A stretch of DNA of 64,000 nucleotides. Origin: Azolla caroliniana. Taxonomy: Eukaryota; Plantae; Polypodiophyta. Below, piece after piece: positions 25,793 to 38,011 of the stretch (position 1 is its first letter; every line of letters begins with the position of its first letter). The translations under genes were made by a program, and so were the position numbers. The notes under the pieces were generated by a model. That model was not told the origin of the DNA and did not search any database. It saw only the letters and a program-made list of their open reading frames with translations. The stretch is from NCBI GenBank assembly GCA_043228905.1, contig JBHGNT010000011.1, positions 12,276,001 to 12,340,000 of the forward strand. The letters are read 5' to 3'.

Positions 25793-26809
25793 ATGTCCGA
25801 CTCAACTAGTGAGTTAGGCCAAATAATGGTAGCCTTACGACAACTACAGCTTGAAAATGAAGCTCTTCGAAATTCTTTACAAGAACTTCAAGTCGGTACC
25901 TCCTTATCCTCACAACCCCCGAACCCTAGTCTCCCACAACAACCTAGCCTAGAGCCCGATCTTCTACCAACATCTAGCCTAGCTTCGTCACAGTTTCTTG
26001 AGCCTAAGGTTAGCCTCCCAGAAAAATTTGATGGAACGAGGTCGCGTTTCCGAGGGTTCATCAACCAAGTTCGACTTATCATTCGGCTACAACCTCAACA
26101 TTATGGAGATGGTCTTCGACAAGTCGGTCTTGTGGGCACCCTTCTCTCCGGTCCGGCCCAAGCTTGGTTTGCACCATTGGTAGAAACCTCATCACCTTTA
26201 TTGGAGGACTTTCCCGCATTCCTCGCCGAGTTAGAGGCCACATTTGGAGAGACGGACTGACGACGTACAGCTCTTAACAAGATTTATGCACTCGAACAAG
26301 GTTCACGTGCAGCTTCGGTCTATGCTTCCGAATTTCGACAACTAGCATGCGACGTCAATTGGGATGATCAAGCTTTAGTTGATCACTTTCGGCGCGGTCT
26401 TCGAAGCAATGTCAAGAATCTTCTCTTAAACTTTCCGGAGCCCACCTCGTTATCCCAAGCGATTTCACAAGCAGTCCATTGTGACAATCGTCTTTTCGAA
26501 TTTCGCCAAGAAGAGCGCCGGACTTGGGTTCCACCTCATTCACTTCCACGCCACGCCCCGGTCATACAACCCCAAGCATCCTCACACTCGCCTACTTCGG
26601 CAGATGCTCCTGTCCCCATGGAAATTGATCAAGCCCGATTTCGGCCATTGACTGATGCTGAACGACAATTTTGGCGGGCTAATGGCTTGTGCATGTATTG
26701 TGGCGCCTCCGGTCATGTCGTTCGCCATTGTCCTAGGAGTACTCGCCCACAATTCCATCGAGCTAATGGACCCCAACATCCGGAAAACGACATCGTTCGG
26801 TTGCAGTAG
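25793..26809 (+). pseudogene. Chromovirus gag with one in-frame TGA at 26258
   Basis: PKVSLPEKFDGTR (PEG10/Ty3-like capsid), MEIDQARF and CMYCGASGHVVRHC knuckle. ORFs 25793-26260 and 26618-26809 share a frame. Confidence 0.85.
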
Positions 26810-26833
26810 GAGCCATGCAACTGGACATCTCCC
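26782..26833 (+). promoter_or_regulatory. Putative -1 ribosomal frameshift signal (G_GAA_AAC plus pseudoknot)
   Basis: Pol is in the -1 frame relative to gag and is open across the site. A 6-nt spacer precedes the 11-bp stem GTTCGGTTGCA/TGCAACTGGAC (two G-U pairs). Loop GGAG can pair with downstream CTCC. Confidence 0.7.
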
Positions 26834-29800
26834 GTCGCCCACATTCTCTTGGTTCCATTGCTGGACCATCAGGCAATTTCACATTGGAGGTATGGCTTTC
26901 GTTTAACTCTAGTTCCATTCAGTCTGTTGCTTTACTTGATTCTGGGGCATCTTCTTGCTTCATCGACGTCGCGTTTGCCCAAGCACATGGCGTACCTGTC
27001 GTTAGCCTCTCAAAACCCATTCCAGTTGAAGCCATCGACGGGTGCATCCTCTCGTCAGGTGCAATTACTCAAGCTACAATCCCATTAGGGCTTCGGGTGG
27101 GCTCACACCAAGAGGAGCTCACCTTTTACCTCATCGCATCTCCTCGACATCCGATCGTCTTAGGACTAACGTGGTTGGAGGCGCACAATCCAATAGTAGA
27201 TTGGTGCAACCGCTCAATCACATTTAGCAAGCCAAGATGCTCGTGCAAAAGTATGAAGGTAAATTCAGTTTCCTATCCTTCGGAGACGGTCGACTCCGAA
27301 TTGACTACCCCATCATCCGTCCAGGATGGGTTTGTTTGTGGCGCCATTTCTAACACACTCCATGTTATTCCCGAAAAATACCAACACTTCTCCGACGTAT
27401 TTGAAAAATGTAATGTTGATCGGTTGCCTGAACACCGGCTCTACGACTGTCCGATTGATCTTCAAGAAGGTGCATGTCCACCCTTTGGTCCTCTATATGC
27501 GTTGTCTGCACCAGAGTTGAAGGCCCTTCGTGTGTATCTTGATGAGAACCTCGCGAAAGGCTTTATTCAACCTTCTAAGTCACCAGCCGGGGCCCCCATT
27601 TTATTTGTGAAGAAGAAGGACGGCTCTCTACGCTTATGCGTCGACTACCGAGGTCTCAACAAACTCACTGTGCGCAACCGCTATCCGCTACCTCTGATCC
27701 CCGAACTCCTTGATCGGCTCCGAGTTGCGCGTGTCTTCTCCAAAGTTGATCTGCGTGGCGCGTACAATCTAGTATGCATCAAGCCGGGGGATGAATGGAA
27801 AACCGCATTTCGAACACGGTATGGGCATTTCGAATACAAGGTAATGCCTTTTGGTCTTACTAACGCTCCCGCAGTTTTTCAACATATGATGAACGATATT
27901 TTCCGGGAATATCTTGATCTTTTTGTTGTCATTTACCTTGATGATATTCTCATTTTCTCGCCAAACATGGAGGAGCACACTCGCCAAGTCCGATTAGTTC
28001 TGGCCAAACTTCGCGAGCATGGCCTTTATGCCAAAGGCGAGAAATGCGAGTTCGACCGTACCTCGATCGAATTTCTAGGCTACATCATCTCGCCCACTGG
28101 CATCACCATGGATATGAAGAAGGTCTCTGTCATTCAGGCGTGGGCGACTCCAAGGCGACTTAAAGATGTGCAATCCTTCCTCGGCTTCGCAAATTTTTAC
28201 CGTCGCTTCATCAAGGGGTTTTCCACCCTAGTACAACCTCTTATCGCTCTCACCCATAAAGGCACTCCATTTTTATGGACCTCGGAGGCACAAAATGCGT
28301 TCGACTCACTCAAACACGCATTCATCACTGCCCCGGTGCTGCTACATGTCGACCCCACAAAACCCTTCCAAGTCGAAACCGATGCCTCTGACTTTGCCAT
28401 TGGCGCCATCTTATCCCAAGCAGACGACAACAACCTAATGCACCCAGTGGCTTACTATTCCCGAAAATTTACGACATCCGAAATCAATTATCCCATTTAC
28501 GACAAGGAGCTTGCTGCTATCATTGCTGCCTTTGAAGAATGGCGACCCTACTTGGCCGGCGCACAACATCGTGTCCAGGTAGTGACTGATCATAAAAATT
28601 TAGTTTATTTTTCCACCACTCGTACTTTGAATCGAAGGCAGGCCCGTTGGTCTACATTTCTCGCTGACTACGATTTTGAGATTGTATTTCGACCTGGTGG
28701 CCAACATGGGAAGGCCGATGCCCTTTCTCGCCGAGCTGACCTTGCACTCCGCCCTGGGGATGCTGCTTATGCTCAACAATCTAGACGTTTGTTGAAACCC
28801 GACCAATTGCATATGTTTGCCACTTGTATGTTGCAGGATGATTCTTCACTCCAACAAATCACTGATGCATCCAAGACCGATGCGTTTGCCAACGAGATTC
28901 GAGATAGTCTGCAAAACCCCTCCAAGGCGACCAAAAGGAAGGATCTTGACACCTTCACCATACAAGAGGGTTTGTTGTTCCGAGATCATCTCTTATACGT
29001 CCCAGAGGGCCCATGTCGCACCCGGGTGTTGCGGGAATGCCACGATGACCCACTTGCAGGTCATTTCGGGGTTGCGAAAACCCTCGAGCTAATCTCTCGG
29101 GGGTATTGGTGGCCACAACCATGGAAGCTGGTCAAAGAATACATAAAGAGTTGTGAGGTTTGTGCTCGCTCCAAAGCCATTCATCATCGGCCATACGGCT
29201 TACTACAGCCGCTTCCATGTCCTCGTCGTCCTTGGGCCTCTATCTCTATGGACCTGATAACTGATCCACCCTTGGTCAATAGCTATGACTCGGTGTTGGT
29301 CGTTGTCGATCGGTTTACGAAGATGGCTCACTTCACTCCATGCTCCAAAACCATTTCCGGAGAAGGAATGGTGCATCTCCTACTCAACAATGTAGTACGC
29401 TTGCATGGACTCCCCGATGATGTCATCTCGGATCGCGGACCCCAGTTTGTCTCTCACTTCTGGCAGTGCTTGCTACAAACTTTAGGCATCTTTGTCAAGT
29501 TGTCCTCCGCTTATCACCCCCAAACTGACGGGCAAACGGAGCGTGTCAACCAAATCCTTGAGCAGTATCTTCGGTGCTCGGTTAGTTACCAACAAGATGA
29601 TTGGGTCAACTTACTTTCGCTCGCGGAATTCGCCTACAATAATTCTCTCCATGCATCGACTGGCGTCACTCCCTTCTTTGCCAACTATGGTTTACATCCT
29701 CGCTTCAACATTTCCCTTCCTACCACTTCCGTGAACCCTTCGGCGGAGGATCGTGCCCGCATTTTGGAAGAAGTACATCATGATTTATCCTTGGAGCTTA

Positions 29801-30049
29801 GTCTTGCTAATGAACGATACAAGAAGCAGGCTGATCGCCATCGATCTTCCACTCCACACTTTGTCGTTGGAGACATGGTCTGGTTGTTACGTCGACACAT
29901 CTCTACTACTCGTCCCTGTGCGAAACTTGATTACAAGAAGTTGGGACCATTCCGTATCATCGAGTGCATCAATCCCGTCGCCTTCCGGCTCGCCCTTCCA
30001 TCCCACTTCTGGATTCACGATGTTTTTCATGTCTCCCTCCTCGAACCCC
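26815..30049 (+). CDS. Chromovirus pol (PR-RT-RNase H-INT), interrupted by Copia-D; chromodomain resumes at 34264-34577
   Basis: Uninterrupted frame of about 1078 codons up to HDVFHVSLLEP, where the Copia-D LTR begins. Confidence 0.9.
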
Positions 30050-33000
30050 TGTTGGAGACGAGGTCGTCTATGCGGAAGATCAAGAAGCATTCGATTGCTG
30101 TTTGAATACCTGCGTATGACAGATTCTAGGTCGTTGCACAGAGAGGGAGAGAGAGAGAGAGACACAAAAGACTTTCTATTCCACAAAGCAATAATACAAC
30201 ACCCAACCTTACAAAAAGGTTACAAGGTCACTATATATAGTGACCGACTTAGGGCAACTACCCTTTATGCTAATTACACAAATGGCCTAAAGGGATAGTG
30301 TGAATACGTCCATTATACACTTGTATTCGACACTCCCCCGTAATGGGCGTATACATGGGTTATCTAAGATTACAGGTATAAACTTAGGTTCTCGGACATA
30401 TCAGTTTGTTCGAGTCGGCAGGGTCCGAAGGCAGAAGACCGAACTGGTCGGGTCGGAACAGTTGAAGCCGATCATTAAGGAACTGATGTCGGTTGTCGGG
30501 AACCATCCTGCTCTGTGTCCGGCTCTAACCGGACTGGTTTGTCGTTACGCCCATCTGATGCCGAAGAAACCGAAAGCGGTCTGCCGAAAGACACTTGGTC
30601 ATTCCATCTGCGACATTGTCGGTTGTGGATATTTTCTCTAGACCGATTTTCCCTGAAATGACGCAGTCCCGAACGAAGTGATATCGAACGTCGATATGTT
30701 TGGAGGCGTTGTGGTGAACCGGATTTTTCGACAAGGCAACAGCACCTTGACTGTCGCTGTAGACAACTGGAGCCGAGTCATGGTCGACTTGTCGAAACGT
30801 GTGCGCCAACCGACCGAGCCACAAAGCTTCTTTTGCTGCGTCGGACGCAGCTACATATTCTGCTTCGGTCGTTGAGGTCGCTGTGCACTCCTGAAGTTTC
30901 GACTTCCACGAGATTGCTCCATTGCCGAATTTGAAGCAGTATCCGGTTGTTGATTTCCGACTGTCTATACAGCCGGCGAAGTCCGAGTCGGTGTAACCGA
31001 CTACGCCTGAGGTTCGGTTCGGACCGAAAAGAATGCCATGGTCTTTTGTGCCAGCCAGATATCTGAACACATGCTTGACTGCGTTCCAATGCGATCGGCC
31101 AGGATTGTGCATAAATCTGCTAACGACTCCTACGGCATGAGAAATATCAGGCCGTGTCGCGACCATCAGGTACATAAGGGAGCCGACTGCCGGTGCATAC
31201 GGTACTGACTTCATATCTTCCCCCTCCGGGCCGGATGTCGGGCAGTCTCGCTGAGAGAGCCGAAGATTCATTGGGAGCGGATGAAAGAATCCGATTCGGT
31301 CCAAGCACATCTCAATGAGTACAAAAGTATAAGCTCCCAAATCTCATCTCAGGGGACGGCAATCGAGGATGAACTCAGAGCAATGATACTCATGAGTAGC
31401 CTTCCCTCATCATGGGAAACTTTCGTCACAACCGTGTGCAACGCGTCAACCACGGCTGTCAAATACTCCGAAGTCACGAGCGCAATCCTGACCGAAGCAG
31501 CTCGGAGAAAGTCTTTCGCCAAAGACTCAACAGACGACGCTTACGTAGTACAAGGTTCGACAGACCGATCGAACATACGAGGAAGAGATTCCTCACGACC
31601 GCCGAACAATCAGCGAAGACGGAGCCAGTCACGGGATAACCGAATCTGCAACTATTGCAAGAAACCCGGACACATCAAAGCCGACTGCCGCGCACTCAAG
31701 AACAAGAACGACAAGTCTCAGAGATCAGACAAGAAGAGTGGCCGGCATGAGGAGATCAATTACGTCAGCTTCTCAGCTGATGTGCTACCAGACGACCCGA
31801 ATATACTATCAATCGAAAATCCAGTCGGATCAGAAGTTCTGCTCACGACTGAAGAATCGAGCACATGGCTCTTAGATTCGGGCGCGTCATTTCACGTGAC
31901 TCCTCATCGATCCCAATTTCAGCAATATACGATCCGTCACTCCGACTCAGTTCGAGTCGGTAACTCGCAACACTGTGACATCATCGGAATCGGCACAGTA
32001 GAGCTCAACCTTGCAGGTGGCTCTACACTTGTACTTCACAATGTCCGACATGTACCCGAGCTCTCAAGGCCATTGATCTCAGTCGGACAACTAGATGAAG
32101 ACGGCATTCGTGCCGGTTTTTCTTCGGGAGGGTGGACACTCCACAGGGGGAACCTCCTGCTTGCCAGAGGACCCAAGATACACTCACTGTATCCGTTACA
32201 TGTTACGCTCAGAGAGGGTAACCTGTTTTTGGTGGATATTCCTGTGTCATCACTATGGCACAGAAGATTAGGACACCTCAGCAAGGCCGGCATTACGCAT
32301 CTATCTAGAGCCGGATACATCCCCAAACTCTCCTTCTCGGACCATCAATTCTGCGAGCATTGCCAGTATGGCAAACAAGCAGCCGCATCACACCCGACAT
32401 CAGCACCAAGAGACACGAGACCTCTCGATTTGGTCCACTCGGACGTCTGTGGCCCAATGCCGCATCAGTCTCTCGGCGGTGCCTCTTACTTCGTCACTTT
32501 TATTGACGATTCGACTCGAAAGGTGTGGGCTTATCCGATTCACACCAAAGATCGGGTCTTCTCGATCTTCTCAGATTGGCTCGCTATGGTAGAAAATCAA
32601 ACCGACCGAAAACTGAAATGCTTTCGGACCGACAATGGGGGAGAGTTCAAATCCGATGAATTCGTCAAATTCTGCCGACAACGCGGCATCCGACGTGAAT
32701 TTACGGCACCACACAGCCCGGAGCAAAACGGGATTGCCGAACGCATGAATCGGACAATCCAAGAACAGATAGTTTCCATGCTCCAACACTCCGGACTGTC
32801 GGATGGCTTCTGGGCAGAGGCTCTACTCACGGCAGTACACATAATCAATATGTCGCCAAGTAGACCTCTAGGACTTCAAATTCCTCAGGAACTATGGATC
32901 GGCAGTAAGCCGAATTACGACAAGCTGAGGATCTTCGGATGCGAGGCGTACGCCCTCATTCCGAAAGATGATCGCCGAAAACTTGCACCTCGGTCCAGGA

Positions 33001-34258
33001 AATGCATTTTCCTTGGATATGGATCAGACAGCGAAATGGGATACCGACTCTGGGACCCCGAACGCAGACAAATCGTTCGAAGTTCGGACGTTGTGTTCAA
33101 CGAGTCGGCTATGAATCCATCAATCGAAAAACCGATCGAAGTCCGAAGGGTAACATTTTCCGATGTGCCGACCCTTCAAGAAGGCCCCGCTCTCAACACA
33201 CGGTCAGCTTCACGGGTAGCTGAACCTTACACTACCGACTCGGACAACTCCGACTCGGCACAGCAGAACAATCCGCTTTCGGACCATCCGACCACGATAC
33301 CCGATGCGACCAGTCCAATCATACCTCGACGATCCGAGAGACTGTCGCAACCTCCGGAGAGGTACTCTCCTGGAATTTTCTTCACCGACGCCGGCGAACC
33401 GACGTCTTACGAAGAAATTTGAATACCTGCGTATGACAGATTCTAGGTCGTTGCACAGAGAGGGAGAGAGAGAGAGAGACACAAAAGACTTTCTATTCCA
33501 CAAAGCAATAATACAACACCCAACCTTACAAAAAGGTTACAAGGTCACTATATATAATGACCGACTTAGGGCAACTACCCTTTATGCTAATTACACAAAT
33601 GGCCTAAAGGGATAGTGTGAATACGTCCATTATACACTTGTATTCAGCAGATGTTGTCTTGAGACCGATCTGCACCGAGTGGTTACAATGAGCGGCGTTT
33701 GATTACCTCTTCGGATGCCGTTTAACCGGGTGGAGCACGATCGTGTCAATGTTGCACAAGGGGATTTCACCTCGAGCGGTTACGATCACAAGGGACAGAG
33801 TACAACCTGCTGGCTTACTCCAAGCGAAGATGATCTAACGCGATGAGATGCAAGCCTCGTTTCTCTTCTTCTTCTCTCTTCTTCGAATGACGCAGGAAAC
33901 CGAATGCTGTGCAGGCTGAGACGACGGCCGACAGCAGATTGAAGGATCGACTACTGTGCAGGCTCTGATACCAGATGTTGGAGACGAGGTCGTCTATGCG
34001 GAAGATCAAGAAGCATTCGATTGCTGTTTGAATACCTGCGTATGACAGATTCTAGGTCGTTGCACAGAGAGGGAGAGAGAGAGAGAGACACAAAAGACTT
34101 TCTATTCCACAAAGCAATAATACAACACCCAACCTTACAAAAAGGTTACAAGGTCACTATATATAGTGACCGACTTAGGGCAACTACCCTTTATGCTAAT
34201 TACACAAATGGCCTAAAGGGATAGTGTGAATACGTCCATTATACACTTGTATTCGACA
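30050..34258 (-). mobile_element. Copia-D: very young, internally rearranged Ty1/Copia (fifth layer)
   Basis: Identical 283-bp LTRs (30050-30332, 33976-34258), TSD ACCCC (30045-30049, 34259-34263), PBS TGGTATCAGAGCC (33973-33961) and PPT at 30333-30340. RT end and RNase H are on minus (31280-30525), while gag'-PR-INT is on plus (31281-33417). A partial third LTR lies at 33418-33645. Confidence 0.93.
31281..33422 (+). CDS. Inverted Copia-D gag(C-terminal)-protease-integrase ORF, 713 aa
   Basis: CNYCKKPGHIKADC, WLLDSGASFH, WHRRLGH..CEHC, HSDVCGP, RTDNGGEF and KCIFLGYG. No internal stop; the ORF ends in the internal LTR piece. Confidence 0.85.
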   Translation: MKESDSVQAHLNEYKSISSQISSQGTAIEDELRAMILMSSLPSSWETFVTTVCNASTTAVKYSEVTSAILTEAARRKSFAKDSTDDAYVVQGSTDRSNIRGRDSSRPPNNQRRRSQSRDNRICNYCKKPGHIKADCRALKNKNDKSQRSDKKSGRHEEINYVSFSADVLPDDPNILSIENPVGSEVLLTTEESSTWLLDSGASFHVTPHRSQFQQYTIRHSDSVRVGNSQHCDIIGIGTVELNLAGGSTLVLHNVRHVPELSRPLISVGQLDEDGIRAGFSSGGWTLHRGNLLLARGPKIHSLYPLHVTLREGNLFLVDIPVSSLWHRRLGHLSKAGITHLSRAGYIPKLSFSDHQFCEHCQYGKQAAASHPTSAPRDTRPLDLVHSDVCGPMPHQSLGGASYFVTFIDDSTRKVWAYPIHTKDRVFSIFSDWLAMVENQTDRKLKCFRTDNGGEFKSDEFVKFCRQRGIRREFTAPHSPEQNGIAERMNRTIQEQIVSMLQHSGLSDGFWAEALLTAVHIINMSPSRPLGLQIPQELWIGSKPNYDKLRIFGCEAYALIPKDDRRKLAPRSRKCIFLGYGSDSEMGYRLWDPERRQIVRSSDVVFNESAMNPSIEKPIEVRRVTFSDVPTLQEGPALNTRSASRVAEPYTTDSDNSDSAQQNNPLSDHPTTIPDATSPIIPRRSERLSQPPERYSPGIFFTDAGEPTSYEEI

Positions 34259-37200
34259 ACCCCATTATGCTTCACAACTCCCAGGACGTCAAGCCCCACC
34301 ACCACCACCTGTGCAATTGACGACAGGGGAGGAATACGAGGTCGACCAAATCCTTGACTCGCGTTGGCACCGTCGACACTTGCAATACCTCGTCCTATGG
34401 AGGGGTTACCCCATGTCTGAGGCCACATGGGAACCATCGGCAAATTTACAAAATGCCCCAGAGGTCGTCCAAGATTTTCATCACCGATATCCCCACAAAC
34501 CAGCGGCCAATTTGGGAAGGCGGCGTAAGAGGGGGGATAATGTCAAGATTCGAACTCTTGACACGACCATGTTATAATCTACTATTATGAGTTAACCAAG
34601 ATATCTAGTACTAGTTATGTATGTAATTGGTCCTTATTATTTTGCTAGCATCATGTGCATAGTTGCTCCCTTGTAGTATTTACACTTGGCACATGCACGC
34701 ATACCTACATGCTCTATTGTAGATTCACATGCGTGCAACAAGTGTGCATGCCATGTAGTATAAATAGAGGAGTTCACCTTGAAGGAATTCAAGGTGAACA
34801 ACACCAGTTATGGAGTCTTTCCTTTAGTATTATCTTCTTTCTTGTCCATTTGGTTATCTTCTTGGTTGTCTCTTGAGTTTATGATCCGTGACAGACGAAA
34901 GCACACGAAGCCTACAAAAGCCAAAGCGGATGTCGGATGCCTCACACTTGAGCTTGAGGGGGCGTGTTGAGAGATCAAGCTCAAGTTAGTTTAGTTAGTT
35001 AGTCAACCATGTAACTTTGTAGTTACCTAGATAGAATCTAGTTAGAAGTATTGACTATAACGCCTTAAATAGGACCTTGTACTTAAGTGGGATATTCTAG
35101 ATCCTCCACTCCTATGTACATTAGTATAGGACTTACACATTAGTACCTATATTCTACTCACACATGTGCACCTTTGCACATGAGATGTATATATACCTCA
35201 GTGTGGGTATTTTTGTATTTGATGATGATGTTTATGCTAATTTAATATATAGTTACTCATCCCCCATCTTGTATTGTTCATAAGTGTATCTCTCTCTCTC
35301 TCTCTCTCTTCCTCTCACACACATACACACACATATCACATAATCTTCGCACCTAACTTTATCATATAATTAGGTACTAATTAACCCTTGCTTAATTTCT
35401 TACCTAATTCTTAACACTCTGACATCTTCTTCTTCCCCATTTCTTTGTGCTTGAACCGTCTCCTCGGTTCCTTGCGCAGGGAGAGCATGACCAAGTCTTC
35501 ACTACTCGTCGGCTCGTCATCCGGTTGACCATTCCAGCTCAACCAATCCGGATTCGGTCCACTCATCCGGAGAGAGGTTGGACTATCCGGTTGTTCAGAT
35601 TCTGCGACACTTCTCTCTGTTCTAGATTCCACCGGATCATCAACAACAATCACCTCGGTCTCGGGTGGAGAGAAGTACCAGGATGCCAATTCATCGAAAA
35701 TGACATCTTAGCTAACTCAGAAAATCAGGGGTTATAACACTTATAACCCGCCCGTCTGTTCATCCGAGTAGATGACAAGAATGCATTTTTCATCTTTCGC
35801 ATCTAACTTTCTCCATTTTTCCTTCGGTACATGCACATATGCAATGTTATCGAACACCCGACGGTGTGCCAAATTCTACTTCCGCTCGAAATATAGTTAG
35901 TGCGGCGACACCTTTGTCCCTGAGGCAAATATCTTATTCTGGATTTAGACGGCCATCCGAAATTCTTTGGCCCAATAAAATTTCGGCATATGCTTCTCCT
36001 CGAGCATTGCCCTGGCCGCTTCTACCAACATCTTGTTCCGACGCTCGGCCACGCCGTTCTGCTCCAACGTGTATCTGCAGGAGAATTCCCATCGGATTCC
36101 CTTCATCTACAAATAGCTCGGGAACTGGCCAGAAAAGTACTCTTTTCCGCCATCCAACCTCAGACACTTGATCTTTCTTCCGGTCTCGCGTTCGACAAGG
36201 TTCTTCAAATCCCGGAAGCATGAGAAGACTTTGATTTTCTTCTCGATTAGATAGATCCAAGTGTGTCGGGTGAAATCGTTGATGAAGGAGACGAAATACC
36301 GACTCCCACCAATGCTCACATTTTGTGCCGGTCCCCACACATCCGAATGGATGATATCGAGCCGATTCAAACTCCGATTCTTCTCATTGGCGAACGGAAG
36401 CCTTTCCCCAACTAGCAAGCTTCACATATTTGGCCTTTCCGGTTACTGAATTTCCGCAGTCCGAAAACAACGCGTTCCGACTACAACACCTGAAGCTTCC
36501 GGAAGTTGATGTGGCTGATCCACTTATGCCACAGGTCGATGTCCGACTCGACCTTTTGCCCTTTTGCGAACATAGTAGTGCCAACATCATTCGTCTCGAG
36601 GATAAACATCCTCCCGTCTCGGCGCCCTTGCGCGATGACTTTGCCCTCTTCTTCGATGAAACACCCTAGATGTGTGAACCGATTCTGCATCCCTTGGTTG
36701 ACATTTTGTCCGACTGACACAAGATTCTTTGTGATTGTCGTGACGTGCAGGATGTTCATCAGCTTTCCCTTCTGCCCGACATGGTTCAAGGGAACCTCTC
36801 CGTTGTGCTCGATGGTATGCGGGGTGCCATCTCTGGTTTCGACCACCCCCGGTTGTTCTGGTTTTTCTAGATAAGCAAACCACTCCGCATGGCTTGTCAT
36901 ATGGTTTGACACTCCGGAATTGACGTACCATACCTCATTCGGTTTTGAGGTGTTTGTCTTCATTGAGTTAGCCTTGTGTTTCATCACAAAGGCAGTGCCC
37001 GAACTATTTCTAGAATCGGATCCTTCCGGTCCTTCCACGTAGTGCGAGATTTGTCGGCTTCCCGGTCCGGCCTTGCCAGATCCGGATGGGCGCGCTTTTT
37101 CCAGCACTCACTCTCTCTGTGGCCCTTCCGGCCACAATACCAACATTCCATTGCGGTTTTCTCTTGCTAGCTCCCGGCATCGACTTGACTCCCCCTGCTT

Positions 37201-38011
37201 GTGGAGGGTCTGGAACTGTTGTCGGCACCATCATTGTGCCTCCGATTTTGCTCTTGTCGGCCACTTCCACCGCGTGCCGATCCGCCTTGTCCGCCACGAC
37301 CATGGGGTCGATCCGTCTCCGTGTACATCATCTTGTTGTCGGTGTCCGTGCTTGTTGACGCACCCGCGTGGTTCTCCTCTACCAGGAGCATCCATTGTAA
37401 ATCCAAAAACGAGGACATATTCTCCCTTGTACATACCGATGTCCAGAATGCTCCGAACTTTGATGCCAGGTCCCCTAGACAAACCTGCACCATCTCATCT
37501 TCCTCGACGATCACTTTGATAGAGGCAAGTGAGTTGCATATGTCTTTTATCCGGACAGTGTAGTCGGACACCGATATGTCCTTCTGTCGCACATTGCTTA
37601 ACTCCTATCAAAGTTGCAGCTTCCAGGCCGTGGTGCTTGCGGCGAAGACCTTCTTCAGGTTTCCCCATGCTTCCTTTCGCACCTTGGCGTCCCGGATATG
37701 GCTGAGCAATTGATCATTGACACTGGACGCAAAGTAGTACATTACCCTGCTTGCCGCTTGTTCCCAAGACGGGAAGTCCTTGTGTGTTGCATCAGGTGTT
37801 GTATCGTTAGCTCCGTCGACATAACTCCAATAATCGTGCCCGAGCAAGAACCGGTGCATCTTGTACAACCAAGGTGCGTAGTTGGATCCATCGAGCTTCT
37901 TCGTTGGAAGTAAGTGTTCTTGTTTTCTGTTCTCTATTGGATATTAGGGTTTGTCTTAAAAAAGCACTTCTTGGCTACGGAGATTCTCAACCCTTCACGC
38001 TACGACCCCGT

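Larger units (their letters stand above)
25390..34893 (+). mobile_element. Chromoviral Ty3/Gypsy (Tcn1-like), fourth layer
   Basis: 353-bp LTRs 25390-25742 and 34541-34893 with 3 differences seen. TSD GACGG/GACGA and PPT AAGAGGGGGGATAA. Gag 25793-26809; pol 26815-30049 plus 34264-34577 with PR (LLDSGAS), RT (YLDD), RNase H, integrase and chromodomain (YEVDQILDSR..YLVLWRGY..TWEP). Confidence 0.95.
11372..35416 (+). mobile_element. Copia-C: Ty1/Copia element lacking RT/RNase H (third layer)
   Basis: LTRs 11372-11818 and 34965-35416 (TG..CA), TSD CTCTG (11367-11371, 35417-35421), PBS TGGTATCAGAGC 11819-11830 (tRNA-iMet) and PPT 34950-34964. Gag with CCHC knuckle and protease WFVDSGAS in 11988-13305. 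Integrase is split by the Gypsy insertion (13349-13651, then 24283-25290). Confidence 0.93.

Noticed and set aside
37998-38008. GGGTCGTAGCG as a half-tRNA primer binding site for Copia-B
   Set aside because: The same 11-mer flanks the 3' LTR copy and the LTR appears to extend to about 37903, so it is better explained as LTR-internal sequence.
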